From: Paraspadella gotoi
Lineage: Eukaryota; Animalia; Chaetognatha
DNA length: 64,000 bases
NCBI GenBank assembly: GCA_051294375.1
Contig: CM119267.1
Span: 5,128,883-5,192,882 of the forward strand
Reading direction: 5' to 3'
Below are positions 26,332 through 40,159 of the stretch, piece by piece (the stretch's first letter is position 1; the number at the start of each line of letters is the position of its first letter). The position numbers were made by a program, and so were the translations under genes. The notes under the pieces were generated by a model, which was given only the letters and a program-made list of their open reading frames with translations, made no database searches and had not been told where the DNA came from.

Positions 26332-26794
26332 GTTTTAATTATTGTTGTTGTTTGTGATCAGCCGAATCCTTTCATCGTTTCATACTGGAGTGTTTTGGGA
26401 TTTTTGTAATGTTGTGATGATTTTGTGAATTTTTTTTGGTTTTGTTTCTAGTTTTACGTGTTAAGTTTTTAGTTAACTCCTATATTAATTCGGTGAAGAT
26501 TGTATTTATCCAATAAAATACATATATCAAAATAGAAGTTTTTCTTGAGAATCTCTGTCGAAAGTTTCGACAGAGATCGTTTACGTTTAGGTTAAATCGA
26601 ATGACAGCAATCGATTGGCGTTGATACTCCAGATGGCATTCTTACTTGCCTTAGGACTAACTCGCTCTCGTCTTTCTGTTCTTTTTAATATTCTCTTGGT
26701 AGAAATAAGTTTGAGCTATGCCTAATATTCTCTTGATAATTTCGTCTCCTTTTCCTTTCCCTTTCTTTTCCTTTTTCTTTTCCTTTCTTTTCCC

Positions 26795-26906
26795 TTTTCT
26801 TTTCTTTTCTTTTCCCCTTTTCTTTTCTTTTCTTTTCTTTTCTTTTCTTTTCTTTTCTTTTCTTTTCTTTTCTTTTCTTTTCTTTTCTTTTCTTTTCTTT
26901 TCTTTT
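26795..26906. repeat. (TTTTC)n pentanucleotide microsatellite
   Basis: Read directly from the sequence. Confidence 0.95.
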
Positions 26907-28725
26907 ATTTTCTTTTCAAGGCAATTTTGATTTTTTTTTTTTGGTACGCCCAATTCTTACTTGAGTTAATTGTATTTGTACAATGTATTTTTTTTCTATT
27001 TGACTTCTCTTCTTTCTCTCTCTTTCTTTCACTTTCTCCCTTCCTCCGTCTCTCTCTCTCTCTCTCTCTTTCTCTTTCTCTCTAAATGTTTATATTGCGA
27101 ATTTGAAAGAGTGCACACAATCTGTAAACTAGAAGAATAGTCGCTTTTAAAGGCAAATTTAAACACTGGCCGAAAACCTAAAGCCTCACTTTTGCTTTCA
27201 ATATTTCAATATTTCTCNNNNNNNNNNNNNNNNNNNNNNNNNNNNNNNNNNNNNNNNNNNNNNNNNNNNNNNNNNNNNNNNNNNNNNNNNNNNNNNNNNN
27301 NNNNNNNNNNNNNNNNNNNNNNNNNNNNNNNNNNNNNNNNNNNNNNNNNNNNNNNNNNNNNNNNNNNNNNNNNNNNNNNNNNNNNNNNNNNNNNNNNNNN
27401 NNNNNNNNNNNNNNNNNNNNNNNNNNNNNNNNNNNNNNNNNNNNNNNNNNNNNNNNNNNNNNNNNNNNNNNNNNNNNNNNNNNNNNNNNNNNNNNNNNNN
27501 NNNNNNNNNNNNNNNNNNNNNNNNNNNNNNNNNNNNNNNNNNNNNNNNNNNNNNNNNNNNNNNNNNNNNNNNNNNNNNNNNNNNNNNNNNNNNNNNNNNN
27601 NNNNNNNNNNNNNNNNNNNNNNNNNNNNNNNNNNNNNNNNNNNNNNNNNNNNNNNNNNNNNNNNNNNNNNNNNNNNNNNNNNNNNNNNNNNNNNNNNNNN
27701 NNNNNCTTTGGTTTCCATGGTGATGCATTTCCTGGATCTGCTTGATCTTCCGAGATTTTGCCCACGGCTAGATTTTCGAAAACAACCAACCCCCCCGTCA
27801 ACACCCCTCTTCCGAAGCCCCATACCTTCCATAATTCGTTTTTATTTCTGACGAATGGTAACCAAAATATACGTAAATATAAAACATTATACTGTCAAAC
27901 AAAAATCTTATATTAAATAACATTATTTAGTAATTTTTCATCGTTGAAATTTAATATGTACTCGAAACAGTTTTTTGTTTGGACCACTAGAATTAGTCAT
28001 GCACCGCCTTCGCTCGGTAGCGTAATTAAAAACGGATGGTAGTTAATAAAACTAATTTGATATCGAAAATAAATTTAAGCCTAACAAAAACATTAAAAAG
28101 ATTAATTTAGAGCATATAATTATATATTGATTCGAATCCGCCTACGATCAACGATCAACGCCCACGGAGAGCGAGATAGCGAGAGAGCGAGAGAGCGAGA
28201 GAGAGAAAGAGAAAGAGAAAGAGAGGGAGGTTGATATTGATTGAAGAGGTAAAAAGCTTTGGGGGTCGAATCGCAGTTTTAATATTTTTCCAATATCAGC
28301 AACATTGTTTCTTTCAGTTGTCTTCTTTTTTTTATGCTTTTCTTTTCTTTTCTTTTCTTCTTTTCCTTTATTTTTGTCTTACTTTCCTTTTCCTTTCTTT
28401 TTGGTTTCTTTCATTTTCTTTTCTAAATTCTATTCTTTTCTTATACTTTCTATCCTTTATTTTTCTTTTTTCTTCTTTCTTTTTTTTCAAATTCCATTTT
28501 TCTTTTCTTTTTCCTTTATTTCCCTCTTCCTCCATTTTTTAAAAATAAAAACCGCCTCCTTTTTTTTGCTTCCATTTCCTTCGTTATTTACTTTATAATT
28601 TGTTTCAAAACGCCGGCGCGTTTGTTATCAGCGTCACCAGGGAGACGTATTCCGACGTCAGGTTGAAATTAAAAAGGGGAGGAAGAGGAGGGGGAAAAAG
28701 AAAAGAGGAGGAAAGGAGGAAGAAA

Positions 28726-29128
28726 AACAAGAACTGTAATTCCAATTGTGTTGCGCCGCAGTGACCGCCTTATCACGTGTATTTCTCGTGACATGACACG
28801 ACGTGACATGACTATATGATTACAGTTACTTTCTAAGCCCGTGTATTTCTGACACGCACTTCATCGGAATTTTGTCTTTTATTCTTTATAGTTTTAGGAT
28901 TTCCTGAAGGCGGCGCTAGCAGTCCCTTAGAATTTAGGTTTTTTCCTTTTTTAATAAACGAGCAACCAACTATATGCATTATGCAAGTAATGAGCATTTT
29001 TAACGTAAGTGGGATAGATTGACGGACAAACCGACCGACCGACAGACCGACCGACAGACAGACCGACCGACAGACCGACCGACAGACCGACCGACAGACC
29101 GACCGAGTACTCGCGGCGCAACTAAAAA
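28726..29128 (-). mobile_element. Non-autonomous DINE-1/HINE (Helentron-type) element, most complete copy
   Basis: Subterminal inverted repeats gttgcgccgcagt ... actcgcggcgcaac. On the minus strand it starts TTTTTAGTTGCG, followed by a (GTCG/GTCT)n microsatellite and internal (CATGA)-like repeats, and ends with a short hairpin plus CTTGTTT. Homologous copies are at 38471, 43437, 51815 and 54257. Confidence 0.75.
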
Positions 29129-29984
29129 TTATAAGTGGGAGGAAGAGAAGAAAAAGAGAAGAAAAGAAAAAGGAGAGAAACGTGAAAAGAAAGGTGAGCC
29201 GAGTTTTTGTGACTGTGAATGTGTGACATTGAAAAGGTTGGAGGTGAAATTATGAATTTAAGACAAGGTCGAATTCGGGAACTCTAGTTTTTAAAGGACA
29301 ATGCCCCTTTGAGGAAAAATTACCGCGGCCTTTATGTCAGTGAGATTTTGCGTTATATACGTGTCGGGTTTTGTGGGAATAAAGGGGATAACAACCATAG
29401 AATTAGCAACAGATGAAATTCATTGTTCACAAATGAGGATAGAGTAACAAAGGTGGGGAAAGTTAAAATTTAACCCAACAAAATTTTATGATAATGTGAA
29501 ATGTGAGAAAAAGAGAAAAGAAAAATGTGGAGATTTAAAATTTGTTTTCAAAAAATTGTGAAGGTAGGAAGAAAAAACCATTGCAAAGGGAAAGAATGAA
29601 TGAAGAGCCGCGGAATCTACTAAAGCTTATGGAGAAGATAAATTAATTAGGCGAAAGTGGGAAACATTAATTTTCTAATAAAAAAAATGGAAAAAGAGCG
29701 AAAGAAGAGAGAAGAGATCGGAAGAGAGAGAGAGAGAGAAGAGAGAGAGAAGAGATAGGAGAGAGAGAGAAGAGAGAGAGAGGGAGAGAGAGAGAGAGAG
29801 AGAGGGAGACGGTGAAGGAAGAGGAGAGAGAGAGAGAGAGATGGTCTTTTTTTTTTCCAACGCCTAATTGGAATCCATTTCGCGGCGCGCGGTCCCGTCG
29901 CAAAGGAGAAAAGAAAAAAAAGGCTAAATAAAAAGAAGAAGGACGAGGGGGGGGGCAGGGGGGCGGAAGATTTCAACGCTTATG

Positions 29985-32182
29985 ACACAATGAAAATAAC
30001 GTGGCGTTACTGTCTCGTGCTGATTTTGTCCCTTTAAAATTATTTCTGAGCCAAATTAATTGTTATACTTTGGTAATATGTGCGATATACACTACTGGAC
30101 ATTACTGTGTTGACCTTAACCCTTGACCATCACAAAAAAGCTAACTAGATCAAAATTAGTAAAAAAGATGAAGCAATATAGCTCAAACGTTAACAAAATT
30201 TTAGACCATGCTTTTATAATGCAAAAAAAAAAATTAATATTATTAAAACAAAAATTTTAACGATAACTTAATAGTTTAACCGAAACCCAAGATGAATATT
30301 TTTTACCCATCATTTCCTCAATTTATATGAATCATATGTTTGTAATTAGTCAATTAACTAAATAACATATGACAAATCATTTTCAATTTTTTTTATGAAT
30401 GGGAAGTTTTTACTGCTTACTCCCCTTGTGTTTAATTATCTAATATTTTAAGGTATTTCCAAAAACCTTATATAATTACTATATTTTTCACTTTTTTTCA
30501 ATCTTTCAAACAAAACAACATCATAAAAACATTTTAAATTAATAAAAAAAAAATTGATTGAATGATTTGGAAAAAAATATTTTGAAACTGAGAATAATGG
30601 ATTTCGAGTTAGGAAAAAAATTTTGCAATCTAAAAAAATCAGCCTCTAGCCTTTCGATTTTTCTAGAGGCTGATTTTTTATTTTTTTGATATTTGATTTC
30701 TATGCAAACATTATTCTCATGAGTATAGGGGTGGCGGAAATTCTTTTTCCAACAATTTGAAAAATTTCAGCTTTTTTATTAGGCTTTTTTTGGGAAATAA
30801 ATAAATCAATTATTATACAATGGGTACATCTGAAAGTGATATGTCTCTAAATGACAAAAAAATTTTTCTTCAAGTTTTATTTTAAAATTTAAGTATTGTA
30901 TCAATAGAAATAAGTAAGATACTCCGCTTTGTCCAAAATTTTTATTTAACAAATATTTGTACTGCGTAGTTTAAAAAAAGTTATTTATTAAATAACTTTT
31001 GAAAGAAAAGAGCTAGCAAGATGGGTGTGGTATCAAATTAAAGCCCTAATCATGGGACACTTTCTAAAAAGTTTTATTAAATAAATCCATAACATCTTTA
31101 CACAGCTTTTGTTTAAATCAGAGTTAAATTATAACAGTTTTTTTGCTTTAAAATTTTAATGAAGGCATATGAAAATTTTTATTTTTCTTTGTAATTTAAA
31201 AAAGGAAAGACTGAATTACATTTTATTATTATTAAATTTTCTTTTATTCCATAAAACTGCTTATATTTTTAAGGTAACAGTAAAATACACATTATATTTT
31301 AGTTTGATAAAATGTCTTTTTAAATATCAAAATAGATAAATACAAAAAATGTTTTCAGCTTGATATAAACAGTCTGGACATCTACCTTCTTGTCATGTGA
31401 AAAAAAAATCGGCATTTTTTATTTCTTTACTGCAAACTAAAAGCTTATAATGCTTCTTTCTCAATAATAAAGATTTTTAAAAATTTATATAGCTGGCAAT
31501 ATATTTGACAAAGCAAGACATCATTGTGGTTAAATTGTATTGATAATTTTCTTTTAAATATAGCAAGGAATTTAATTTTATTATTTATCATTCCATTTTA
31601 ATAAGAAAAAATATTTCTCGGTAATAGCCATTAGAAAGGGTTCATGACTGACTTAATGATCGAATTTTTTAGATATCTTTACTGCCCCCATTTCACAAGA
31701 TATAAAAGGTCATGGTTATCATGTCAGTAGTCCAGATTATCTGTACCCTTCTATACAACTGCATTCTGAACTTTTTTTTTTTCCTTTCAAATGTATTAAA
31801 TAAAAAACAATTATGAGAGAACAATCGGCGTGGAGATGCAATTGGTAACTTAGTTACCCCACTTCCGATCGAATTTTTAAATGAGTTTTTCTTTCCATTC
31901 TATTTGGAGACATAACACTAACTATTGGTACTATTATTTTTTTAATTTTTTTTATTACAATTCTAGAGATAAATATGAATAAGTAACTTTTAAAAATTTA
32001 TCATCTTCACCCTATGTTCAGTCATATCTAAAAAAAAAAAAAAGAATTTTGCATTGATATTTTGGATATGCGACATATGAAACTATAACGTATCAAAAAT
32101 AAAAGAAATAAATAATATTGAACATGTAATATTTTTTTTATGCACGGTAAACAGTAACGGTTACGGCCATTTTTCATTGTGT
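29985..32182. mobile_element. ~2.2-kb AT-rich non-coding element bounded by imperfect ~35-bp inverted repeats (non-autonomous DNA transposon candidate)
   Basis: Left end 'acacaatgaaaataacgtggcgttactgtctcgtgc' versus the reverse complement of the right end 'acacaatgaaaaatggccgtaaccgttactgtttaccgtgc'. Composition switches abruptly to AT-rich, CpG-poor, microsatellite-free sequence between them. No ORF in the track. Confidence 0.6.
30633..30679. repeat. Perfect 17-bp inverted repeat with 13-nt loop
   Basis: aaaaaatcagcctctag (30633-30649) and ctagaggctgatttttt (30663-30679). Confidence 0.9.
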
Positions 32183-33135
32183 TCCTTATTTTATTTACAA
32201 ATAATTTGAGACGGTATTAAATGCTGTCGCATAAAAATTTTCTTAAAATGCTCTCCATCCTGTCTTACAATTTTTTTTTGACATTGTTGAAATCTTTACT
32301 GGTGAAGAAGTGAAGGAGGAGGAGGAGGAGGAGGAGGAGAAGGAGGAGATAGAAGGATGAGGATTATAACTAAGTAAGTTGATTAAATTAAATAACCCTG
32401 TAGAGACAGGGTCGACTAGAGATAGGAACGCCCTGTCTTTCTCTTTCTCAGATTTCTATCTCAAACCGGGAATTTTCAAGTGCATTACGTATGCGTTGCG
32501 GAGATGGCGCTCCTGACATCTCAGATACATATCGCGCATGTCATTTAAACGCGCGCGGAAGTGTGCGGACGTGTGCGGAAGTGTGCGAGTTTCCCTGGAA
32601 GAAAATTGTGTCGAGTCTGCGAATTGAGGAAGCGGAAATTTCTCGGTCGAGAAATGACTCTATCTCATCTCGGCTTTATCGTCGTGATCGTCGTCGTTGT
32701 CGTCGTCGTCGTCGTCGTCCTCTATTTTATCTTCGTCTTCATCGTTGTTACTATAATCGTTGTTGTCATCTTCGTTTTTGTCATTATCAACTCAACGTCG
32801 TCGTTGTCATTAATGTTTTGGAAGCTCGGCATTAGGACAACGACAAAAATATAAAAACAAATTTTTCAATTAGACTAATTATTAATTAGTTATATTTTTT
32901 TGCTTTTTTTCTCCACGTCGTCGATATAATATTAACTTAATAACTTAATAATTAAGTTATCGTTGTCGTCGTCGTTGTTGTCACCTTCTTTTTTTCTTGT
33001 GTAATTATCGCCGTCGTCGTCTTCATTATCGTCGTCGTCGGCGACGAGGACCATCGTCCAGTTTTAGTTCCGTCATTATGTAAATGTTACAACTGAGACA
33101 AAGGGGAAATCGGTATGTCTAAAACTGGAACTGTG

Positions 33136-33176
<41 letters not shown>

Positions 33177-33451
33177 TAGAGAAAATTCTTCGTCACTTCC
33201 ATTACTCTTTTCTGCTTTTCTCTCTCTCTCTCTGGTAATTAACTCTGAGCGATAAAAAAAAACTTGGGTGATCATTCCTCACTTCCTCTCATTCTTTTTC
33301 TTGGCTCGGAAGGCGAACTTAGATTTAAGCGTCTACTTCATACTAGTATTAAATTGGTACTATCGATATAATGATTATCCAATAATCATGTATTCAGTAC
33401 ACAAACTATCTTGCCCTGACTTTTGACAATGGACACTTGGACAATTGGACT

Positions 33452-33545
33452 GGCGATGGACAGGCGATGGACAGGCGATGGACAGGCGATGGACAGGCGA
33501 TGGACAGGCGATGGATAGGCGATAGACAGGCGATGGACAGGCGAT
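33452..33545 (+). repeat. 11-bp minisatellite (GGCGATGGACA) x~8.5
   Basis: Read directly from the sequence. Confidence 0.95.
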
Positions 33546-34650
33546 CGTGGGTTCCGTCCTCCATCCCTTTTACATCCTTACAGTTTATTTCTCAAAGTCT
33601 TCTTATTTAAGATAAACTTAATTTTATTTTATTTGTTTAATGTGATCTGTTTTATGTGATCTAGTTCCCTCTCTCGTTTCTCTGCCGTCGGTTTCCTGAG
33701 GGAAGCCTGCTCTCTGATTGGTCAATGGTCAATCAGAAGAAAAGACGGAGAAGCCAAGAGAGACAAGCCACTTGATAATCCATTCTCTGCGTTACAACAC
33801 TGGTCTCAGTTATTTATTGTATAATTGGGAAGTCATTAATTTTTTTTATAATTCTAAAGATCTTAACCCACAAAAGACTGTCCAAAGTCAGGAGGCAAGA
33901 TAAGTTGTTTATTGAATGAATAAATTTTTTTTTTTAAATTTGATGAAGACTCTGATTGTATTCACTCATTGATTTTTACTCGAAACTATCTTTAACAATC
34001 GTCTACTATAAGAGGTTGTAAAAGTCTTTTTAGATTTGAAAATAATAGTAGTAGTCCACTTTTCCATATTCCCTTTTTTCTATGAAGAAAAGTGGAAAAG
34101 AAAAAAATTTATTATTCATGAGTTACGTCGAGAAAGAAAGATGGCGAAGGGGAAAAAAAGAAGTTTCGCCTGGCGGAGGAAAATTTTGTGTCTTTTGTCT
34201 TCTTTTTGACAGAAAAGAGGTGGGGAGAGTGAGAGAGAGATGAAGAGAGAGAGACGAGAAAGAGAGAGCGAGAGAGAGAAGAGGAGAGAGAGAGAGAGAG
34301 AGAAGAGGAGTAGAATGATATCGACGACATTTCCGAGGTTTGGAACACGCCACTAGCACGTTGCAGTTATCGAGACAATCCTGAGAGGTCGTTTAACGTT
34401 TGTGTCTGACGCTCGACAAAAAAGAGCAACGCCCTTAGTGGACAAGAGGCAACGTCCGGCGTAAGGTAAACACTCGATAATCGCGAAGGGTTGGAACATT
34501 CTAGAAATATTCTAGAAACATTCATTTAATGATTTAACCAAGTCAAGAAGGGAAACTGATGTTTCTTTAAAATTTTTTAAACTAAAAATTTATTTTCTTT
34601 TGAGGATTTTTTATATCTCGTTTCACCGGCTCTCTCTTCTCTCTCTCTCT

Positions 34651-34687
<37 letters not shown>

Positions 34688-35095
34688 CCTCTCTCTCTTC
34701 CTCTCTCTCTCTCTCTCTTTCTCCCACTCTCGTGTCGAAGCGGAAAAGCGCCGCTTTTCATTAACTCGACAACGACGCCGGAAAATTTTAAATGACGCCG
34801 CGAGAAAATTTCAGGCGATAAGACCCAGAGATGGTAAGGGAGTTAAAGTGGAAGCGGCGACGGTGACGTCACTGTTGCGACGGGTGACGCGGACTGTGGA
34901 GATGATGGTGACGGGGAAGTTAAAGCCGAGCGCCATCTACCTTTCGCATTCGAAGCGAGATCTCGCGAAGTGATGGAAACGATCTCGCGTTTAAGTCCTC
35001 TCTCTCTTCTGTCTCTCTCTCTGTCTCTCTCTCTTGTCTCTCTCTCTGTTTCCTGTCTCTCTCTTCTCTGTCCTCTCTCTGTCCTCTTCTCATCT

Positions 35096-35131
<36 letters not shown>

Positions 35132-35214
35132 TCTTTCACTCTCATTCTACCTAGTCAAGGCGTCTATACCTGATAGATTAATAGGTCGGAGTTCGTGTGG
35201 ATCGAGTTAGCTCA

Positions 35215-35375
35215 ATGAATGAAAAAAATGAGAATGAATGAATGAATGAATGAAGTATGAATGTATAATGTATATGAAATGAATGAATGTAATGCGTTAA
35301 TAAACGAACAATAAATGAACTGATGAAACGAGGATGAATGAATGAATGAATGAATGAATGAATGAATGAATGAAT
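35215..35375. repeat. (TGAA)n microsatellite (also 25850-25940 and 40237-40392)
   Basis: Read directly from the sequence. Confidence 0.9.
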
Positions 35376-37308
35376 CTTAATGATTAAGAAGAATGCAGAA
35401 TATAAATGAAACTTCGTCTATTGGTTCCAAATTTCCTCTCGTTGCGGCTTGCCGCGCCTCTCCTCTCCTCTGGACACGGAATGTAAGTGGGAAGTAATTA
35501 AAAGCCTCCTCTCTCTTGCTCTCTCTCGCCTCCTCTCTCCTCCTCTCTCTCTGCTTCTCCTCTCTCTCTCTCTCGTCTCTCTCTTCTCTCTCTCTCTCTT
35601 CTCTGCCCTCACACTCTAACTCGCCTCCAGGTTCAACGAGGAAAAAAATTATTTTCACGTTTATACATTTTGATGATGAAATGAAAGGCGTGAATGTGAA
35701 TCGCAGGTGGCATCGTGTGATCGCGTGAAAGAGGATTCGGTGATCCTGTGATTCGCGTGAGAGGCCGATCACTGATGCCTCTTCGTTCCTTCAATTCGCC
35801 GAGATGTTTCTCTTCTCTCTCTCTCGCTTTCTTCTTTTTTTTTTATTTTTTTGTGGATTACATATATAAGCGATTTTATTCGAATACACAAGTTGGATTC
35901 AGTAAATCATCATCAACAAACAAACATAGACTAAGTCTGAGCAACGGAAACGTAGCGTAACCATGACAGATATTTTTTTTAATTGTCTATTGGGTCTTTA
36001 GTTTTATCTAAGACTAATATTCAACATATGAATAATTTTATTGACAAACGCGAATGTTTTACGTTAGTATCGTGCCGCTCCCCCATTTTCATGCGGAGCT
36101 TCTCGCGTTCTTTGGCCATAAAAGTATTTTTGTTATCGACAGAAAGTGAACTCGATTTCCGAAGGAAATAAATTTTTTTTAAACTTTTAAAATCGATTAT
36201 TTACTCTAAAGAAAGAAAAAAGAAAAAAAAGCAAAAAAGAACTCTCGCTGAGAAGAAGCAATTGTCTCTTTTAATGAGAAAAAAAAATTGAGTTGAAAAT
36301 TCCATTTATTTTCCGATTGGATTAAACTAAAAAGATCGAGTCTCATTTCTTTCTCTCTTCCTCTTTTCTTATCATTCGTCCTTCCTCTCTCTCTCTTTCT
36401 CACTACTCTCTCTCTCACTCTCTCTCTCTCTCTCTCACTCTCTAACTTCTCTCTATATATCTCTCTCTCTCCAAAAGCAGATGCTGTCAGCCCAGGTGAG
36501 AATCACAAGTGATTCAACGTTGCCAACTTATATAAATCAGTAAAAAATGAATTTTTTTTCTCCAACTATCCTAATTAAGACAAGAAAATTATCAACATTA
36601 AATATAATTTTAATACAATAAAATACAAAATTAAATTACGACATGAACACAACTATGAACCAGTTCATAAGATCTTGTATGAAATAATCTTCAGACAGTA
36701 AAACGTGTACAATTTACATAGTAGCAACTAATTTCTCACTAAATCTACTAAACTTTACATACAATATTGTGATCGGCAATGAAGACCCCTGCGATTTCCA
36801 AACGGCTTAGACCAATCCCGATGTTAATTAAATAAGGTAGATAGAAATCACGTCAAATTAAAACGCTACATTTACCTAGTTTAGTAGATTTTCCATACAT
36901 TGTCAAAAAACGTAAATGTTTACAATTGATTTCCATCGCACAACGCTTAACACGGATAGACGGAGTCCGCACCGCGGCGGCGCCAATGAATCTTTTAACG
37001 GTGCCAGCGGACGGCGCCAACGGATCAAACGCCGACAGGACCAGACCCAATTTCCACAGGCGATTACTCAGAAAAAAGGCCATTAGCGATGGTGAGAGCG
37101 GATTGAAAACTACTCGCGTGGGTCATCATCGCGGTTTTGAGTGATAAGAATTAGGAAGCGAGTCCGTGACCTGGACGGTGGGGAGGGGTTGATTTAAAGA
37201 ACGTAAATCGCGACTTTTAAGTAATTAACGAGGGTCATTGAAAACTAAACAGCGCGCTCGAGACGGGCGGAAGAAGAGAGATTGAACGAGAGAGAGTCTA
37301 GAGAGAGA

Positions 37309-37342
<34 letters not shown>

Positions 37343-38195
37343 AATAATGCCGCAGGAACTCTCTTCGATCTTCCAAGGCTGTTCGGAGTAGGCTTTTCCT
37401 CATCCTCTAAATCCAGTTAATAATTGGCGCATCTCCCGCAGACATCTCCTCTCCGGTAGCGAGCCTCTCACGGCCTCGTTGACCTCCTGCTCCGACATCC
37501 CGCCACCCCCTTTGGGCCTCCTCCAGCGTCCGTCGGTTGTCAGCCATCGCCGACGAAGACCTCTCGCGAGGGCATCAGCGTCGAGAGTCCCAGTTCTCTG
37601 ATCACTTTAGGGAACGAAAACCAATTGGATGGAGCCGCGAGGGTGACGTCGTAGGCGGCGACGCCGAGGCGGAAAACGGATGGTCGCGGCGCGGCGGGCG
37701 GCGGCGTCCAGAAGCATCGTCGCCGCGGGCCCGCTGTCCTCGAAGGACTGCTGTAGACGACCAAAGTATTGGAGTAGAAACTCGGGCGAATCGATGGATG
37801 TAGAGAAGCGCGAGGCGCCTTTACGAATTTTCTCGTCGTCCTGGACGGGGGCGGTCCCCGTAATCGCCGTCCGGTAGAGGTCGTTCGTGATCCAGCATCT
37901 CTTCGACGGAGTCGTAGAAACGGGATTTGGAGGAGTTTCTGAAGGGACGGGTCAGAGGAGTTAAGGGGAGTGGGTGGAGCAGAGGCGACTTTTATTCACT
38001 GTGTTTTATTTTGGGTACGAGGATAAACATACGTATATAATCCTTGTTTAATTCGAAGTTCTTGAACGTTGGTTGTATCGTAAAAGGGCTGGTTAACAAA
38101 CACACACAGTAAACAGTAAGCAACAGTAAAAAAATTAGTAAAAAAGCAAAAACCAAACAAAATTTTAAATAAAAAAGACGCTAGACAAACAAAAT

Positions 38196-38467
38196 GGGGC
38201 ACCTTTTCCGAGACGTACCCTCTTTTTCTGTTCCGTTTTTTCCAGAGATTAAAAATATATCTTAAACTTAAACTAGTCTAACCCTAATCCCTAACCCTAA
38301 TCTCAAACCTTAATTTAATCCTAAACCCTATTACAAACCAAGTCCCTTAATCTTTTCATTAACCTAATTCCTCAACCTAATCCTAACACTTAATCTTTTA
38401 AACTAATCTTAATTAAAAACTTAACCTAATCCCGAATTATCATATGAAAATCAGGCGTTCTGGGATA
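38196..38467. mobile_element. Duplicate copy of the hairpin-TIR, telomere-like MITE
   Basis: Same as 43166-43436, within the tandem duplication. Confidence 0.55.
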
Positions 38468-38470
38468 ATC

Positions 38471-38830
38471 ATGAACGGTAATTCAAATGTGTTGCGCGCA
38501 TGACTCTCTTATCGACGTGCATTTTTCATGACATGACAGACGTGACATTGACGTGACGTAACATGTTCTACATGACTACAAAAACTTTCTCAGCCTGTTG
38601 TATTTATGACATGCACTCTGCCCATCAAAATTCCGTCTTTATATTCCTTATAGTTTTTTAGTCATTTTCTGAAGGCGGCGGCTTGCAGCTCCCTTAGATT
38701 TGAGGTTTTTTTCTGTCTTAACAAAAGAGCAACCAGCTATTAGGCAAATTTATATGATTTTTTAAACGTAAGTGAACAGACCGAATTGCGACAGACATTA
38801 CCGACGGACCTGATCCGGAAAAGTGACTTA
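38471..38830 (-). mobile_element. HINE-like element, duplicate of 43437-43776
   Basis: 'tgtgttgcgc...tgactctcttatc...catgac' homology with 28726-29128. Confidence 0.65.
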
Positions 38831-39715
38831 ACTTAACTTAAATAAAAAGGCCCGAATGTAACTTACTTAACTTTTCCACAGACTTACATGTGGTTTCGCC
38901 AACTCCACCTCCGCCGTATTACAACGGCATGAATCCTCGCAGGAACAGGAGTTGTACTGGCGGCAGGGCTGTCGAGGTAGGCCGTCATGTCCAGGCCCGC
39001 GCCGCTCGCGGACAGCGGCCGGAAGAGACGCAGCAGCGCCGCCACGTCGAAGGTTTCGTCGGTGGAGTTCGGCAGAGGAGCGGTGGAGACGAGGAAGCGG
39101 TGTGAGGGAGGGGGGGAGAGAGGTTGGAGTTGGAGGAAGTGACGGTGGAAATGTGACTGAGGAAGAACCTGAAAGGAAAAAATCAGAAATTTAATATGCA
39201 TATTTAATGAATGAAAACGCAATTAACTAATAATAGGGTGGAGTGATGAAATATTGAGGCGATTTAAATATTTATTTTTCTTGACCTTATGGATAATTGG
39301 ATTGTAATTAACAAATTGTTAAATCCGTTAATAATATAATCTCTCTCGNNNNNNNNNNNNNNNNNNNNNNNNNGAGAGAGAGAGTAATGCATTTCGACAT
39401 TTTTCCGATGGTTGGAACTACGCCACTAGCACGTTGCCAGTTATCGAGACAATCCTGAAGAGGTCGTTAACCGTTTTGTGTCTGACGGTCGACAAAAGAG
39501 CAACGCCCTTAGTGACAAGAGGCAACGTCCGGCGTAAGGTAAACACTCGATAATCCGAAGGGTTGGAACATTCTAGAATATTCTAGAACATTCATTTTTA
39601 ATGATTTAACCAAGTCAAGAAGGGAACTATGTTTCTTTAAAATTTTTTAAACTAAAAAATGTTATTTTCTTTGAGGATTTTTATATCTCGTTTCACCGGC
39701 TCTCTCTTCTCTTCT

Positions 39716-39757
<42 letters not shown>

Positions 39758-40103
39758 CTCTCTCTCTTCTCTCTCTCTCTCTCTCTCTTTCTCCCACTCT
39801 CGGTGTCGAAGCGGAAAAGCGCCGCTTTTCAATTAACTCGACAACGACGCCGGAAAATTTTTAAAATGACGCCGCGAGAAAATTTCAGGCGATAAGACCC
39901 AGAGATGGTAAGGGAGTTAAAGTGGAAGCGGCGACGGTGACGTTCACTGTTGCGACGGTGACGCGGACGGTGGAGATTGATGGTGACGGGGAAGTTAAAG
40001 CCGAGCGCCATCTACCTTTCGTCATCGAAGCGAGATCTCGCGAGTGATGGAAACGATCTCGCGTTTAAGTCTCTCTCTCTCTCTGTCTCTCTCTCTCTCT
40101 GTC

Positions 40104-40159
<56 letters not shown>

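Larger units (their letters stand above)
37417..39168 (-). pseudogene. Frameshifted duplicate of GLTP-gene exons 2 (~39168-38867) and 3 (~37938-37417); more likely an error-rich assembly duplicate than a real pseudogene
   Basis: Fragments PNSTDETFDVAALL, GLDMTAYLD, VAAYDVTL and LGLSTLMPSREVFVG appear in shifting frames, with many 1-bp indels. Exon 1 is absent from this copy. Confidence 0.6.
34310..39331 (+). repeat. ~5-kb tandem duplication, copy 1 (noisier)
   Basis: Collinear with 39385-44270 from 'cgccactagcacgttg' to 'aaatccgttaataat'; the junction has a 25-N gap (39349-39373). Confidence 0.93.

Noticed and set aside
33452-33545. CRISPR-like periodicity in this and the other short tandem arrays
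   Set aside because: Units are head-to-tail with no unique spacers, there are no cas genes, and the context is eukaryotic.
35670-35780. ATGATGA...CTGA as a C/D snoRNA
   Set aside because: Neither box is preserved in the duplicate copy (40660-40770), and there is no terminal stem.
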